Shown here piece after piece: positions 44,626 through 56,000 of a DNA stretch of 64,000 bases. The position numbers and the translations under genes are program-made. Every line of letters starts with the position of its first letter. Position 1 is the stretch's first letter. The notes beneath the pieces were generated by a model, which made no database searches, was not told the DNA's origin, and was given only the letters and a program-made list of their open reading frames with translations. This stretch comes from Bacilli bacterium (GTDB lineage: Bacteria > Bacillota_I > Bacilli_A > RFN20 > CAG-826). The stretch covers positions 18,963-82,962 of the forward strand of contig JAFZRR010000062.1 in assembly GCA_017619815.1 (NCBI GenBank), given 5' to 3'.

Positions 44626-47600
44626 ATGGACAAAAGAAAGACGTTAGGAGTATTGACTGCAACAAGCTTGACCGCGGTCGGGTTAGCTTTAAGTACACTT
44701 GCATTCAGTAACTACAAAACTAGCACTCGTTTGAAGGCTAGTGATTACACCTTAACACTTAACTCCAGCAATGGTATCAGTGGCACAAATGTTACTACAA
44801 CACAAAATGTAACCACTGATAGCGGTGCTTACGAAGTGGAATTCGGTTACACAAACTGTTCCTCTTACGCAAGCGGACACGCAACCATCAATGCTGGTGG
44901 AAAGATTGTTAACAATGACCACATCCGTTCTATTTATTCTTTAGTCGCTGACTTTGAAACAAGTGGTGAATTAAAGTTTAGAACATCCTATGATGGCGCA
45001 ACTTGGGGTGGATATACCTCAATGAAAGCCTCTGAAGAATATCAACTTGGAAGCAATCCTTACTATGTTGAATTCACTACAGATGGAACTCATTCCGTCA
45101 ATTTAAAAACAGTGCAATTCTCATATACTTGCGAAGAAAATCCAAATGCTATTCCACAACCAAGTGATGAATACCAATATGAAAAGGTAACATCTTCTCA
45201 AACAGATTGGTCTGGCGATTATATCCTTGTTAATGAAGCTTCGTCAACAAGTGGACGAGTTTATAGAGGGTTGTATTACAATACAAGCTCATCAAATTAT
45301 GAATATGAATCACTTTCTATTAGTAATGGTGTCATTACAGAAACTCCCTATACCACAGTCACATTAACAGCGATGTCTGGTGGATATTCAATGTTGATTA
45401 ACAGTGGAACAAACAGTGGTAAATATGCTTATGGCGATGATGGTCAAAATCATATGAACTATGGTACAACCGCTAGTGCTTGCACAGTCATTTGGAATTC
45501 TAATGGATATGCCGAAATTGCTTGGATTGGCGATAGTGGAAACCACATTTTAAGAATGAATGATGGCTCTAATGGTAGCACCGCAACATATCAATTTAGA
45601 TTCTTTAAACCTACTTCTTCTTATGGTGGAAATGCTACTGATGCAGTTGCAGCCAGTGCAGCCGTCAAACTTTATAAAAAAGTCACTATTGAATCAGTTC
45701 AAACTCCAGTTGATGAAAATGGTTTTACCGCAGTTGATAGCAATAAAGATAACTACACAACCAATTCTATCTTTGATAGTGCTAACGGTTTAACAGTCAA
45801 AGCCACATTCACAGATGGTTCAACACAAACATTATCAAAAGGTGCTGATGGCTATTCTTATGTCATTAAGAACAGCAGTGGCACTGCGATTGATACATCA
45901 AAAGCATTTGGTACCGAAGATGTATATACATTATTCGTTTCTTATAAGAACTACATCCCAGTTCAAATCACATTAAATGTTGGCTTATACACATACTTAA
46001 CTGGTATTACACCAAGTATGACCAATACAGCATTTAATACCGCTGATGTGTTATCTAACACAATTTCAAACACATTATCCGCGGCCTTAACATATAACGT
46101 CTCTTCTTTAAATAAATCAGTCAATTATGGTAACTTCTCCGCTAACAACTTAGCGGTTACATTAATTGATCCAAATGGTGTTACAAAGAGTATCTCTTCC
46201 GCCTTTGGCGTTGCAGGTACTTGGACATTAAAAGTTTCTTCAACCGAAGATACTTCCATTTATGGAACAATTGAATTAACAGTCTCTGCTATTGCAGTTA
46301 CTGATATTTCATTAGATAACAGCGCATTAACACTTTATGTTGGTGGCACCGCTCAATTAACAGCAACAGTTAATCCAACCAACGCAACAAACCAAGGCAT
46401 TGCTTGGTCAAGCGACGATACCACAGTAGCAACAGTTAGCGAAACTGGTTTAGTTACCGCTAAGAAAGTTGGTACAGCCACAATTACCGCAACATCATCT
46501 GATGGTGGTAAAACAGCAACTTGTGCAATCACTGTTAAGAAACAATCCGCAACACAAGCAACAATCACTGCCAGTAATCCACAAACAGACACTTCCAAAA
46601 CTGTTACATATTCAAGTTCAGGTTTTACAACAAATGGTATTACATTAACTGATGGTTCTTTAACACAAGCATATGGTACAAGTGATGGATCATATAGAAT
46701 GTCTTCTAAAAACAATGCTGGCGAAATTGTCTTATACTTTGATGAAGTCCTTATTACAGGCATCACACTCAATGCAAAAGTATATGACAGTAATGCTAGT
46801 GTTAATATTTCTACAAGCGCAAATACTACTGGTGAAACCGTTACAATTTCAGAAGATGGTGATTACGTTACAACAGCATTTGCTTCTGATACTGAAAAAT
46901 CAACAAGCATTACAATTAGCAATGCTAAGAAAAACCGTTATTACTTTGTGAGTTTAACAATTACTTGTGGTGTTGCTGAACCTGTTTATCCAACAGCAAT
47001 TTCTTTAGAAAACACTACATGTAATGTCGGATATACAACACAATTAACACCAGTATTCACACCTTCTGATACAAACCAAACAACATTAGTGTGGGAATCA
47101 AGCAACACAAGTGTTGCCACAGTTTCTCAAACAGGTTTAGTGACAGGCGTTGCTGCTGGTACATCCACAATTACTGCAACTGGATATGATGAAAATGATC
47201 AACCAGTCGTTGGTACATGTACTGTTACAGTTACAACGGTCGCAGTTACAGGCGTTTCATTGAATAAAACATCCAGTGATTTATCACTCGGTGCAACATT
47301 AACTCTTGAAGCAACAGTTGCTCCTGCTAACGCCACAAACAAGAATGTGACATGGACAAGTAGTAACACAAGCGTTGCTACAGTCAGCGCAGGTACAGTT
47401 ACCGCTAAAGCAGTTGGCTCAACAACAATCACTGTTAAAACAGTTGATGGCAACAAAACCGCAACATGTGCAATTACAGTTGTGGAAGCCGCATCAGATG
47501 ACTACACAATTATGATTTATATGTGTGGTGCAGACTTAGAATCTGATAGTGGTTTAGCTACAGGCGACTTAGCGGAAATCTTCAACGTTACTGGTCAACC

Positions 47601-48606
47601 AGATGGAGTCAATATTATTGTTGAAACTGGTGGTGCTACATCTTGGAAGAATTACAACATTAGTGCAAACTACTTAACTAGATATCACGTAGCAAATCAA
47701 GGTCTTGTTAAAGATACCCAATTAACAAAAGCGAGCATGGGCTTGCAAAGCACATTCCAAAGCTTCCTTGAATGGGGTATGACTGAATATCCTGCAAAGA
47801 AGACTGGTGTCATTATGTGGAACCATGGTGGTGCTTTAGATGGTTGTTGCTTCGATGAAAACTTCAACGATGACCCAATCACCAACGATGAAGCAAATGC
47901 CGCATATGCCGCAGCCTTCAGCAATGTTAATAGAACTGAAAACCTTGAATGGATTGGTTACGATGCCTGCTTAATGGCAGTTCAAGATGTTGCTGAATTC
48001 AATAGTCATTACTTCAACTACATGGTTTGTTCACAAGAAACCGAAGGTGGCTATGGTTGGGACTATGATGGCGGTTGGTTAAAGAACCTTTACAATAATC
48101 CAACTGGTATCACAACAAGCAACTTGTTAACTCAAATCTGTACAACATTTATCGCGGATAACACATCAGAATCCACATTATCTGTCTTAGATTTAACTAA
48201 GATGTCTGCTTATAAGACAGCTTGGGAAACTGTTGCTTCTGAACTTACAAGCATTATTAACAGTTCTTCAAAATGGACAACATTTAAAAACGTTGTTAAT
48301 CAATGTAAGAAGTTTGGTTACTATTCGGATTATTCCCAATATAACGGCGGATATGTTTATGACGTCTTTGACGCTCAAGACTTAATCACAAAGTGTCAAA
48401 GTAATTCCACATATTCTTCATGCTCTTGGTCAGCATTACAAACAGCATTCAACAATTTAGTTGTTTGTAGCAAGTACACAAGTGACTACAGTGGCTCTCA
48501 TGGTTTGAACTTCTTCTGCCCAATTTCCGGTATTAATAGTTCAAGTTATTACTCCACAAGCGTGACTAACTTCACAACTTGGAGAACACTTTGCTTTAAA
48601 TATTAA
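44626..48606 (+). CDS. large surface protein: N-terminal signal-anchor, conserved about 170-aa N-domain, Big_2 domains and a C-terminal C11 peptidase domain
   Basis: The Big_2 units include 'ISLDNSALTLYVGGTAQLTATVNPTNATNQGIAWSSDDTTVATVSETGLVTAKKVGTATITA' and the C-terminus carries 'IMWNHGGALDG' and 'IGYDACLMAVQD'. A terminator follows at 48629..48658. Confidence 0.7.
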   Translation: MDKRKTLGVLTATSLTAVGLALSTLAFSNYKTSTRLKASDYTLTLNSSNGISGTNVTTTQNVTTDSGAYEVEFGYTNCSSYASGHATINAGGKIVNNDHIRSIYSLVADFETSGELKFRTSYDGATWGGYTSMKASEEYQLGSNPYYVEFTTDGTHSVNLKTVQFSYTCEENPNAIPQPSDEYQYEKVTSSQTDWSGDYILVNEASSTSGRVYRGLYYNTSSSNYEYESLSISNGVITETPYTTVTLTAMSGGYSMLINSGTNSGKYAYGDDGQNHMNYGTTASACTVIWNSNGYAEIAWIGDSGNHILRMNDGSNGSTATYQFRFFKPTSSYGGNATDAVAASAAVKLYKKVTIESVQTPVDENGFTAVDSNKDNYTTNSIFDSANGLTVKATFTDGSTQTLSKGADGYSYVIKNSSGTAIDTSKAFGTEDVYTLFVSYKNYIPVQITLNVGLYTYLTGITPSMTNTAFNTADVLSNTISNTLSAALTYNVSSLNKSVNYGNFSANNLAVTLIDPNGVTKSISSAFGVAGTWTLKVSSTEDTSIYGTIELTVSAIAVTDISLDNSALTLYVGGTAQLTATVNPTNATNQGIAWSSDDTTVATVSETGLVTAKKVGTATITATSSDGGKTATCAITVKKQSATQATITASNPQTDTSKTVTYSSSGFTTNGITLTDGSLTQAYGTSDGSYRMSSKNNAGEIVLYFDEVLITGITLNAKVYDSNASVNISTSANTTGETVTISEDGDYVTTAFASDTEKSTSITISNAKKNRYYFVSLTITCGVAEPVYPTAISLENTTCNVGYTTQLTPVFTPSDTNQTTLVWESSNTSVATVSQTGLVTGVAAGTSTITATGYDENDQPVVGTCTVTVTTVAVTGVSLNKTSSDLSLGATLTLEATVAPANATNKNVTWTSSNTSVATVSAGTVTAKAVGSTTITVKTVDGNKTATCAITVVEAASDDYTIMIYMCGADLESDSGLATGDLAEIFNVTGQPDGVNIIVETGGATSWKNYNISANYLTRYHVANQGLVKDTQLTKASMGLQSTFQSFLEWGMTEYPAKKTGVIMWNHGGALDGCCFDENFNDDPITNDEANAAYAAAFSNVNRTENLEWIGYDACLMAVQDVAEFNSHYFNYMVCSQETEGGYGWDYDGGWLKNLYNNPTGITTSNLLTQICTTFIADNTSESTLSVLDLTKMSAYKTAWETVASELTSIINSSSKWTTFKNVVNQCKKFGYYSDYSQYNGGYVYDVFDAQDLITKCQSNSTYSSCSWSALQTAFNNLVVCSKYTSDYSGSHGLNFFCPISGINSSSYYSTSVTNFTTWRTLCFKY

Positions 48607-48741
48607 GCAATAGAAAAACCTATAATTTAAGGAGAACTTATGTTCTCCTTTTAATTTGTTTACTTATTTTTGACTATGTTTACTCATACATATGCGTATA
48701 TAATCTAAACGAATTAGCACACTGTGCAAAAAGGAGAATAT

Positions 48742-49722
48742 ATGAATAAATTAAAATTCATTCCTACTTTAGCGGTTGTCGCTTTGCTATCCGCATGTGG
48801 AGCAAGCAAATCAGCATCATCCGTTAAAGAACCTAAGTTTGAAAAAGAAGGCTCTCAAATTGAATCTGATGAATTTTTCTTAGGTGTTCAAAATGGCTTA
48901 GACGGTATGGATATTTTCGGTGAAAAGAAAATCGGTTCCAAAGTCGCCAATTCAACCTCAGGTACAGAAATAAGATCTACACTTTCCAACAGCAAAGGTA
49001 AACTCATTGCCGATGAAGGCACTTCACAAGTTTACGAATATGATGTCAAAAACGATGCGAAGAATTTCGTTGGCGTTTTATCAGGAAAAGACACAAACAA
49101 ACAATGGGAAAAGATGGTAGGCAAACAAGAAAGCTCTTCCGCCAGAGTTTCAGACTACAAAGTCACTTATCAACAAATTGAATACGATGGTGATGAATAC
49201 TTTGGCATGGTTGATGAAAAAGCCAAACTCTTTGCTACACAAATGCAAATTACCGAAGCTAACCCAATCGCTGATGCATTTGATTACTACAACAAGAGCG
49301 TGCTCGAATACGCTTCTGGTCTTTATGAAATATTTGACATGATTGATGAAGTTTCTAGCTACACTTCATTTGAAGGTTACACATTCTATAAGAATGGCAA
49401 TACATATACATATGTGTCTGAAGTTAGTGAAGATCCAGAAGAAACCAGAAACGATGAAGATGTCCTTCTTTACGTTACCGAATTCTCATATAAAGCGAAA
49501 TTCCAACTCACAATTAACGGTAATGATTTAAAAGGCGCTTTCTATGGTTGTGTTACTCAAAAAACAACATATCACACACCTATGTATACAAATGGTTATG
49601 ATGTGTTTGAAGGTGACGTTGCGGAAATAACATACAAAAACGCAAAAACCATGGAATTAAAAGATAAAAATTTATCTTTGAAACCAGTTAGCTATGAAGG
49701 CTATCAATTCACCAATTATTAA
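48742..49722 (+). CDS. lipoprotein, paralog family A (copy 1)
   Basis: The start was moved to ATG 48742, which has RBS AAGGAGAA. The lipobox is 'LLSACGAS'. It is 40-50% identical to 50782..51774. Confidence 0.6.
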   Translation: MNKLKFIPTLAVVALLSACGASKSASSVKEPKFEKEGSQIESDEFFLGVQNGLDGMDIFGEKKIGSKVANSTSGTEIRSTLSNSKGKLIADEGTSQVYEYDVKNDAKNFVGVLSGKDTNKQWEKMVGKQESSSARVSDYKVTYQQIEYDGDEYFGMVDEKAKLFATQMQITEANPIADAFDYYNKSVLEYASGLYEIFDMIDEVSSYTSFEGYTFYKNGNTYTYVSEVSEDPEETRNDEDVLLYVTEFSYKAKFQLTINGNDLKGAFYGCVTQKTTYHTPMYTNGYDVFEGDVAEITYKNAKTMELKDKNLSLKPVSYEGYQFTNY

Positions 49723-49742
49723 TTAAAGGAGCAAATGAAATT

Positions 49743-50762
49743 ATGAAAAACTTTAAAATTATTCCTTTATTAGCAATCGTTCCATTCCTCGCTGGATGTA
49801 ACATCTCTAAGGCCGGTGGCTCCGTGAAATCACCAAACTTTGCCAAATTAGGTGAAGAAGTGGAATTCGAAGACTTTTCTAAAGAAATCGAAGAACCAGG
49901 ACTTATGGGCGTTTGGGAAAACCTCAATAATAACCATGTTCCATCCTCAGTTATCAAAATGAAAGTGAATACGTTAGATGAGTTTAAACTTGTTTCCAAA
50001 AAGAAAACTGTCGAAAACGAGAAAACAACTGGTGTTGGTGATCTCCTACTCAAAGCGGACATGAACAATCTTCGTCTTGCTTCTAAACTCACTTCCAAAT
50101 ACGTTGTTGAATCCAAAAATGAATTAGGCAGTCAAAATGTTGAACAAATATTTAACATGGATGAAAACTTCCAATTTTCCAACCTCACAATGGGTGAAGA
50201 AGAAATTAATAGTTGGGTGGCAATTGATAACACTAATAAGATTTATTATCCATTAGAAGACGCGACAAATTATGTTGCGAACCAAAAGAGAGAACTTGCG
50301 GAAGGCGAAGTTATTGATTTACTTAATCAATACCAAGTCTATCCAGCAGATTTCTTTAATTTAATCACTTCTTATGGAAATTCATCTGTTGAAGGAAAGA
50401 AAGAATACAAATTCTATAAGAATAACAAGATTTACACAATTACACGCGAATCAGAATATAGCATTGCGGTCAATGGTGCTGATGGAACTGTTAATAACAT
50501 CACCAATGTCAAAGTAGAAACAAAAGCGCAACTTGACGCTACTGATGGTGATTCCTTCAAAGTCAAATTCTACGAAGTTGAAACACAAGAAGTTGAATTC
50601 CTTAAAAACTTTGTCGATACCGATAATGATGTCGCAAGATTCTTAGGTGATAAAGGAACAGGTAAATCTGTTTACGCTATGGAAATTGATATCAAGGCAC
50701 AAGATGTCAACCTCAAAGAAGTTGATTTATCCAAATATCATATGACCAATCAAAATATCTAA
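49743..50762 (+). CDS. lipoprotein, paralog family B (copy 1)
   Basis: RBS AAAGGAG precedes the start and the lipobox is 'FLAGCNIS'. It is a paralog of 51795..52799. Confidence 0.6.
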   Translation: MKNFKIIPLLAIVPFLAGCNISKAGGSVKSPNFAKLGEEVEFEDFSKEIEEPGLMGVWENLNNNHVPSSVIKMKVNTLDEFKLVSKKKTVENEKTTGVGDLLLKADMNNLRLASKLTSKYVVESKNELGSQNVEQIFNMDENFQFSNLTMGEEEINSWVAIDNTNKIYYPLEDATNYVANQKRELAEGEVIDLLNQYQVYPADFFNLITSYGNSSVEGKKEYKFYKNNKIYTITRESEYSIAVNGADGTVNNITNVKVETKAQLDATDGDSFKVKFYEVETQEVEFLKNFVDTDNDVARFLGDKGTGKSVYAMEIDIKAQDVNLKEVDLSKYHMTNQNI

Positions 50763-50781
50763 TTACGTGAAAGGAGTTTAT

Positions 50782-51774
50782 ATGAAAAATTTAAAAATCA
50801 TTCCTATCTTAGCGATTGTTGCTTTGCTATCAGCTTGTGGCGAATCAAAACAACAAAAAGTTAAAGCCCCAAAATTTGACAAAGAAGGCGACGCTATTGA
50901 AAAAGCAGATTTCTTTGAAACTTTAGAATTTAATTCCGCTGGTATCGATATCTCTAACAGTAAGAGAATTGGTTCCAAAGTATTAACAATGTCATACGGT
51001 TCTAGCTGGGCCACTTCTGTGACTAGAGAAAACAAATTATATAAAGAAACAGCGGAACTTGATTTTGGAAACAGCAAATCCGAAATGGATGCCAAATCAG
51101 CTGTTATTAGATCTACTAGTGAATGGACCTCTACAGACTACACAAATTACCCAAATTTCGGTAGTGAAGAAGAATCATACAAAGAAATGTATGATGACTA
51201 CTATCAAGTAGTAAACTTTGATGGTAAAGATTACTATGCCTATGTCAATGCTAAACAAAAAACCGTTAGCATTATGGGCCCAGCTGAAAATGTAGAAGAA
51301 CGCGCTGAAGCATTTGACTATTTTGCCAAGAGTTCATTCTATTATGGTGTTGGCTTACAATATGCCGAACAAATGTTTAATACCGCTTCTGGAGCATCTG
51401 ATGAAGAAATCGCCAAATACTGGGGATTCTATAAGAATGGTGACACACTTACCCTTTCTTATAATTACGAAGAAGAACCAGTTGAAGTTTATGATAATCC
51501 AGATAGTGAAAATCCAGTCTTGCAATATACAGAAAAAAATAGTGCAACCGCAAAACTTCAAATCACATTTACCGGATCAAGTTTCAAATTAGTACAATAC
51601 CAAGAATATAACTATGAATGCACATATGCTGTTGATATCATGGGCAACATGCAATACTATGCCGGCGATGTTTATAAAGAAGGTAGAAAATTCTCATTAA
51701 CATCTGAAATGAAAGATGCCAAGTTAAATGTTAAACCAGTTAACTACGAAGGTTTCTACTTCTACGTTAGTTAA
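50782..51774 (+). CDS. lipoprotein, paralog family A (copy 2)
   Basis: The start was moved to ATG 50782, which has RBS AAGGAG. The lipobox is 'LLSACGES'. Confidence 0.6.
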   Translation: MKNLKIIPILAIVALLSACGESKQQKVKAPKFDKEGDAIEKADFFETLEFNSAGIDISNSKRIGSKVLTMSYGSSWATSVTRENKLYKETAELDFGNSKSEMDAKSAVIRSTSEWTSTDYTNYPNFGSEEESYKEMYDDYYQVVNFDGKDYYAYVNAKQKTVSIMGPAENVEERAEAFDYFAKSSFYYGVGLQYAEQMFNTASGASDEEIAKYWGFYKNGDTLTLSYNYEEEPVEVYDNPDSENPVLQYTEKNSATAKLQITFTGSSFKLVQYQEYNYECTYAVDIMGNMQYYAGDVYKEGRKFSLTSEMKDAKLNVKPVNYEGFYFYVS

Positions 51775-51794
51775 TTAAAGGAGCAAACGAAATT

Positions 51795-52799
51795 ATGAAA
51801 AACTATAAAATTATTCCTTTATTAGCCATTATCCCATTCCTTGCTGGATGCAACGTTTCTAAATCCGGTTCTGCGAAAGCTCCTAGCTTTGCTAAAATGG
51901 GTGAAAAAGTCTCATATGAAGACTGGGCTGAAGCCATGACAAAAAACGATTTACTAGGCGCTTGGACAAATCCAAATGAATTACATATTCCTTCCGCAGT
52001 CGCTACCGTCAAACGTTCTTATGTAGAATCCAGCAAAATCACTTCCAATAAGAAAGTTGTTGAAAGCTATTTAATGTCTGATGCCTATGACATCAACATG
52101 AAAGCGGATATGGCCAACCTCCGTTTACAATTCTCAGGAACAGGCGAACACAAGGAAGAATATCTCCGTGAAGCTGAAGAAGAACGCGAAATCGCAAAAG
52201 AAAAAGAAGAATTAGTTTTGCAATATTCCGATGTTCAAGTTAATGATGAAAGCAAATTATATTTTGTGAGTGTTAATATGCTTGACAAAACCTATTCTTT
52301 AAACGCGAATGCTTCTAATTACACACCTGCAGAAAAGAAGGCTCTTGTGGAGAATCAAGCTGTTCAAGCAGTTTATAACTACGCAATGCCATATTTCTTC
52401 AGTTACTTATTTAATAACTATCCAAACTATAGTGTGGAACAAAAAGAGAAATACACTTTCTATCAAAAAGGACAAGTTTTCTCTTATACCTATACTGATG
52501 AATATTCCAGAGCCACTACTGATAGCAATGGTTTTGTCAAAACAATTACGACACACAAGATTGAAGAAAAACATCAATTAGATGCAACAAAAGTTGAAAC
52601 ATGGAGCTATAAAGAATTCGTCGAAGATAAATACGAAACGAAGTATTTACGCGATCAAGTTGAGTATAGCACCGCAAGATTTAAAGGCGATGTTCTTAAA
52701 GGCTCTGATGTCACTTGTATCGACGCCAACGTCAAAGCACAAGACGTCACAATTAAAGAAGTCGACATTTCCGGTTATAAAGAGGCCAATGCACATTAA
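51795..52799 (+). CDS. lipoprotein, paralog family B (copy 2)
   Basis: RBS AAAGGAG precedes the start and the lipobox is 'FLAGCNVS'. A terminator follows at 52822..52850. Confidence 0.6.
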   Translation: MKNYKIIPLLAIIPFLAGCNVSKSGSAKAPSFAKMGEKVSYEDWAEAMTKNDLLGAWTNPNELHIPSAVATVKRSYVESSKITSNKKVVESYLMSDAYDINMKADMANLRLQFSGTGEHKEEYLREAEEEREIAKEKEELVLQYSDVQVNDESKLYFVSVNMLDKTYSLNANASNYTPAEKKALVENQAVQAVYNYAMPYFFSYLFNNYPNYSVEQKEKYTFYQKGQVFSYTYTDEYSRATTDSNGFVKTITTHKIEEKHQLDATKVETWSYKEFVEDKYETKYLRDQVEYSTARFKGDVLKGSDVTCIDANVKAQDVTIKEVDISGYKEANAH

Positions 52800-53055
52800 T
52801 CGGTGAAAAATACCGAGATAGAGAGGGACCAAAACGGTTCCTCTTTTTAGTTTACATATTCCAAAAAGTGTAAATTTAACTTACATAATAGATATTATAG
52901 ATATATTAATAGTATAACTATTAATGATTTCAATTTTATATATTTGTTTACTTAAAAGCATATATTTGTTTATAAGTTTCGCTTTGTGTTTATCGCGCAT
53001 AAGAGTATAGTTAGACACATATTATTTACCCAAAAAGCGGAAAGGATGTGGTTTT

Positions 53056-56000
53056 ATGAATAGGAATAAGACTACGGGAATGCTTGTGGGCACAGGATTA
53101 TTGTTGTTGACAATAGTCGCATCTACATTAGCATTCAAAAATAACATTACCACCAGAACCCAAGCGAGTGATTACTCATTAACGCTCAATAACAGCAATG
53201 GTATCAGTGGAAATAATGTATCAATTAATCAAAACGTCACCACCGATAGCGGAAACTATCAAGTCGCGTTTGCGTATGACAAATGTTCAGCTTTAAACAA
53301 TGGACACGCAACGATTCTTTCAGGTGGCACAATTAAAAATGCTGATCATATCCTTTCTATTCATGCTATTACAGCCAACTTCTCCACAAGCGGTGTTTTA
53401 AAATTTAGAACATCTTATGATGGCTCTTCTTGGGGAACTTATACATCCTTAACTAGTGGTGTGCCATATGCTTTTAGCAGCAATCCATATTACGTTGAAT
53501 TGGCCACAGATGGCGCGCACGCAGTTAATTTAAATACTTTTAGATTTGATTACACATGTGAAGTGAATCCAAGCGCCAGTGGTTTACCAAGCGAAGAAAA
53601 TGGATTTACCGCCACAGATACAAAGAAAGATGACTACACAATCGCAGACGTCTTTGATGAAGATAATGAATTAGAAGTCAGAGCTCTAAATACAAATGGT
53701 GAAGACACATTATTAAATAAATCTCAATACACATACTCTGTTAAAAACAGTAATGGTGTGGCGATTAATACTGCTCAAGCATTTGCTAGCGAAGGTACAT
53801 ATTACTTAACAGTTAACTATAAGTCCTATCCAGCAGTGCAAATTGAATTAACAGTTTCTTCAATTCACGTTATTGATATCTCTTTAAATACAGACTTAAT
53901 TAGATTAAGAGTTGGTGAAACCGCTCAATTGACCGCATCAGTTAATCCAGTGAATGCCACAAATCAATCTATTAACTGGTCAAGCTCTAACACATCCGTT
54001 TTAACAGTTTCCGCTACAGGTTTAGTTACTGCTAAAGCAGTTGGTCAAGCTACAGTTACTGCTTCTTCTGTTGACGGTAATAAGACTGCAACATGTGATT
54101 TCTATGTGAAAGCTCAAGCCAGCAACTCAACCGCAACAATTATTCCAAACTATACTGGTTCAGCTGGTTATAGTACAAGTTACTCTAATAGCGCTTTTAC
54201 AACAAATGGCATTTCATTAATTGATGGCCAATTCTCAAGCGTTTATGGCATGAGTACAACATCATATTTGCTCTATGCAAATGGTGGTCAAGCCTACATG
54301 ATTATGTACTTTGATAGACCATACATTATTAGAGGCATTTCCGTTAATGCTAAATACTATGGTAGTGCTACTACACTTTCATACATCACTGATGATGACT
54401 CCACAGGTGCTAGCGTCAGCGTTAGCTCAAGTAGTAATACAAATTACTCTTTAGGCAGTTTATCTAGTAACACAAGTGCATCAAATGGTATTGCGTTTAT
54501 TGCTTCTAACAGCACAAGTGGCACTGGCGTCTACATCAATCAAATTTCTTTGACTTTATATGATGCAGAAGCTAGATTCCCAACTCAAATTGCTTTACAA
54601 GATACAGATTGTAGTTTGGGTTACACAAAACAATTAACCCCAACATTCTATCCTGCTGATACAGATATGACAGGAGTGACCTGGACAAGTAGTAATACAA
54701 ATATTGCTACAGTTACCGCAAACGGTTTGGTCTATGGTAACGCTGTTGGTACAGCCACAATTACTGCCTCAATCGTCAACGAATATGGCAGAACAATTAG
54801 TGGTTCATGTGAAGTTAATGTTCATACAGTTTCTGCAACTGGTGTTGCTATCTATGCCGCATCTACAGAACTTGCAATTGGACAAACAACACAATTACAT
54901 CAAGTTTTAACACCAAGTGACACAACAAATAAGAATGTTACATGGTCATCATCTAACAATAATGTCGCAACAGTTGATTCTGAAGGTGTTGTTACCGCTA
55001 TTAGTGCTGGCACAGCCACAATTACCGTTAGAACAGTTGATGGTGGATTTACAAACACCGTATTAATCACAGTCTTGAATCAACAATTAGATGCATACAC
55101 AATCTTGCTCTACTTATGTGGTGCTGACTTAGAAAGTGAAAACGGCCAAGCAACAACTGATATTGCAGAAATTCTTTCAGTAAGTTGCCCAAGCAATGTT
55201 AACTTTGTTATTCAAACTGGTGGTGCTGCTGCATGGAAGAATTACAATATTAGCGCTACTAACATTGGCAGATATCACGTCAATAATAAGTCATTAGTAC
55301 AAGATGCTTCATTGGATCAAGCAAGCATGGGTGATTATGAAACATTTAGAGATTTCCTTGAATGGGGTATGGTTACATATCCAGCTCAAAAATATGGCGT
55401 TATCATGTGGAACCATGGTGGTGCTATGCAAGGTGTCTGTTATGATGAAAATTTCAACGATGACAGCTTATACAATAGTGAAGTCTATTGGGGCGTCAAT
55501 GATGCCAGAATCTTAGCTGGTGTTAGTGAAAAATTAGAATTCATTGCTTACGACGTCTGCTTAATGGCAGTTCAAGATGTTGCTGAATTCAATAGTCACA
55601 ACTTCAACTATATGATTGCTTCTCAAGAGAGCGAGTCTGGAACAGGATATGATTATGATGGATGGTTACCAACCTTATATAACAATCCTGCCAACGTTAA
55701 TACAGTTACATTATTAACAAAGATTGCTGATACATTTATGGCAGAACAAGGCACAAGAAATAACCAAACTCAAGCCGTTTATGATTTGAGCAAAATGTCA
55801 GCTTACCTTACTGCATTTGAATCCTTGGCTTCCAAACTCACAACAGTGATTACAAGTTCATCAGTTTGGACTAGATTTAAAAACGTTTGTAACTCCGCAC
55901 AAAGATACGGCGCGCAAACATATCAAGGAACAACATATTATTTATTTGATGTATTTGATGTTTCTACATTCATTACAAAGATGCAGTCAAATACCACTTT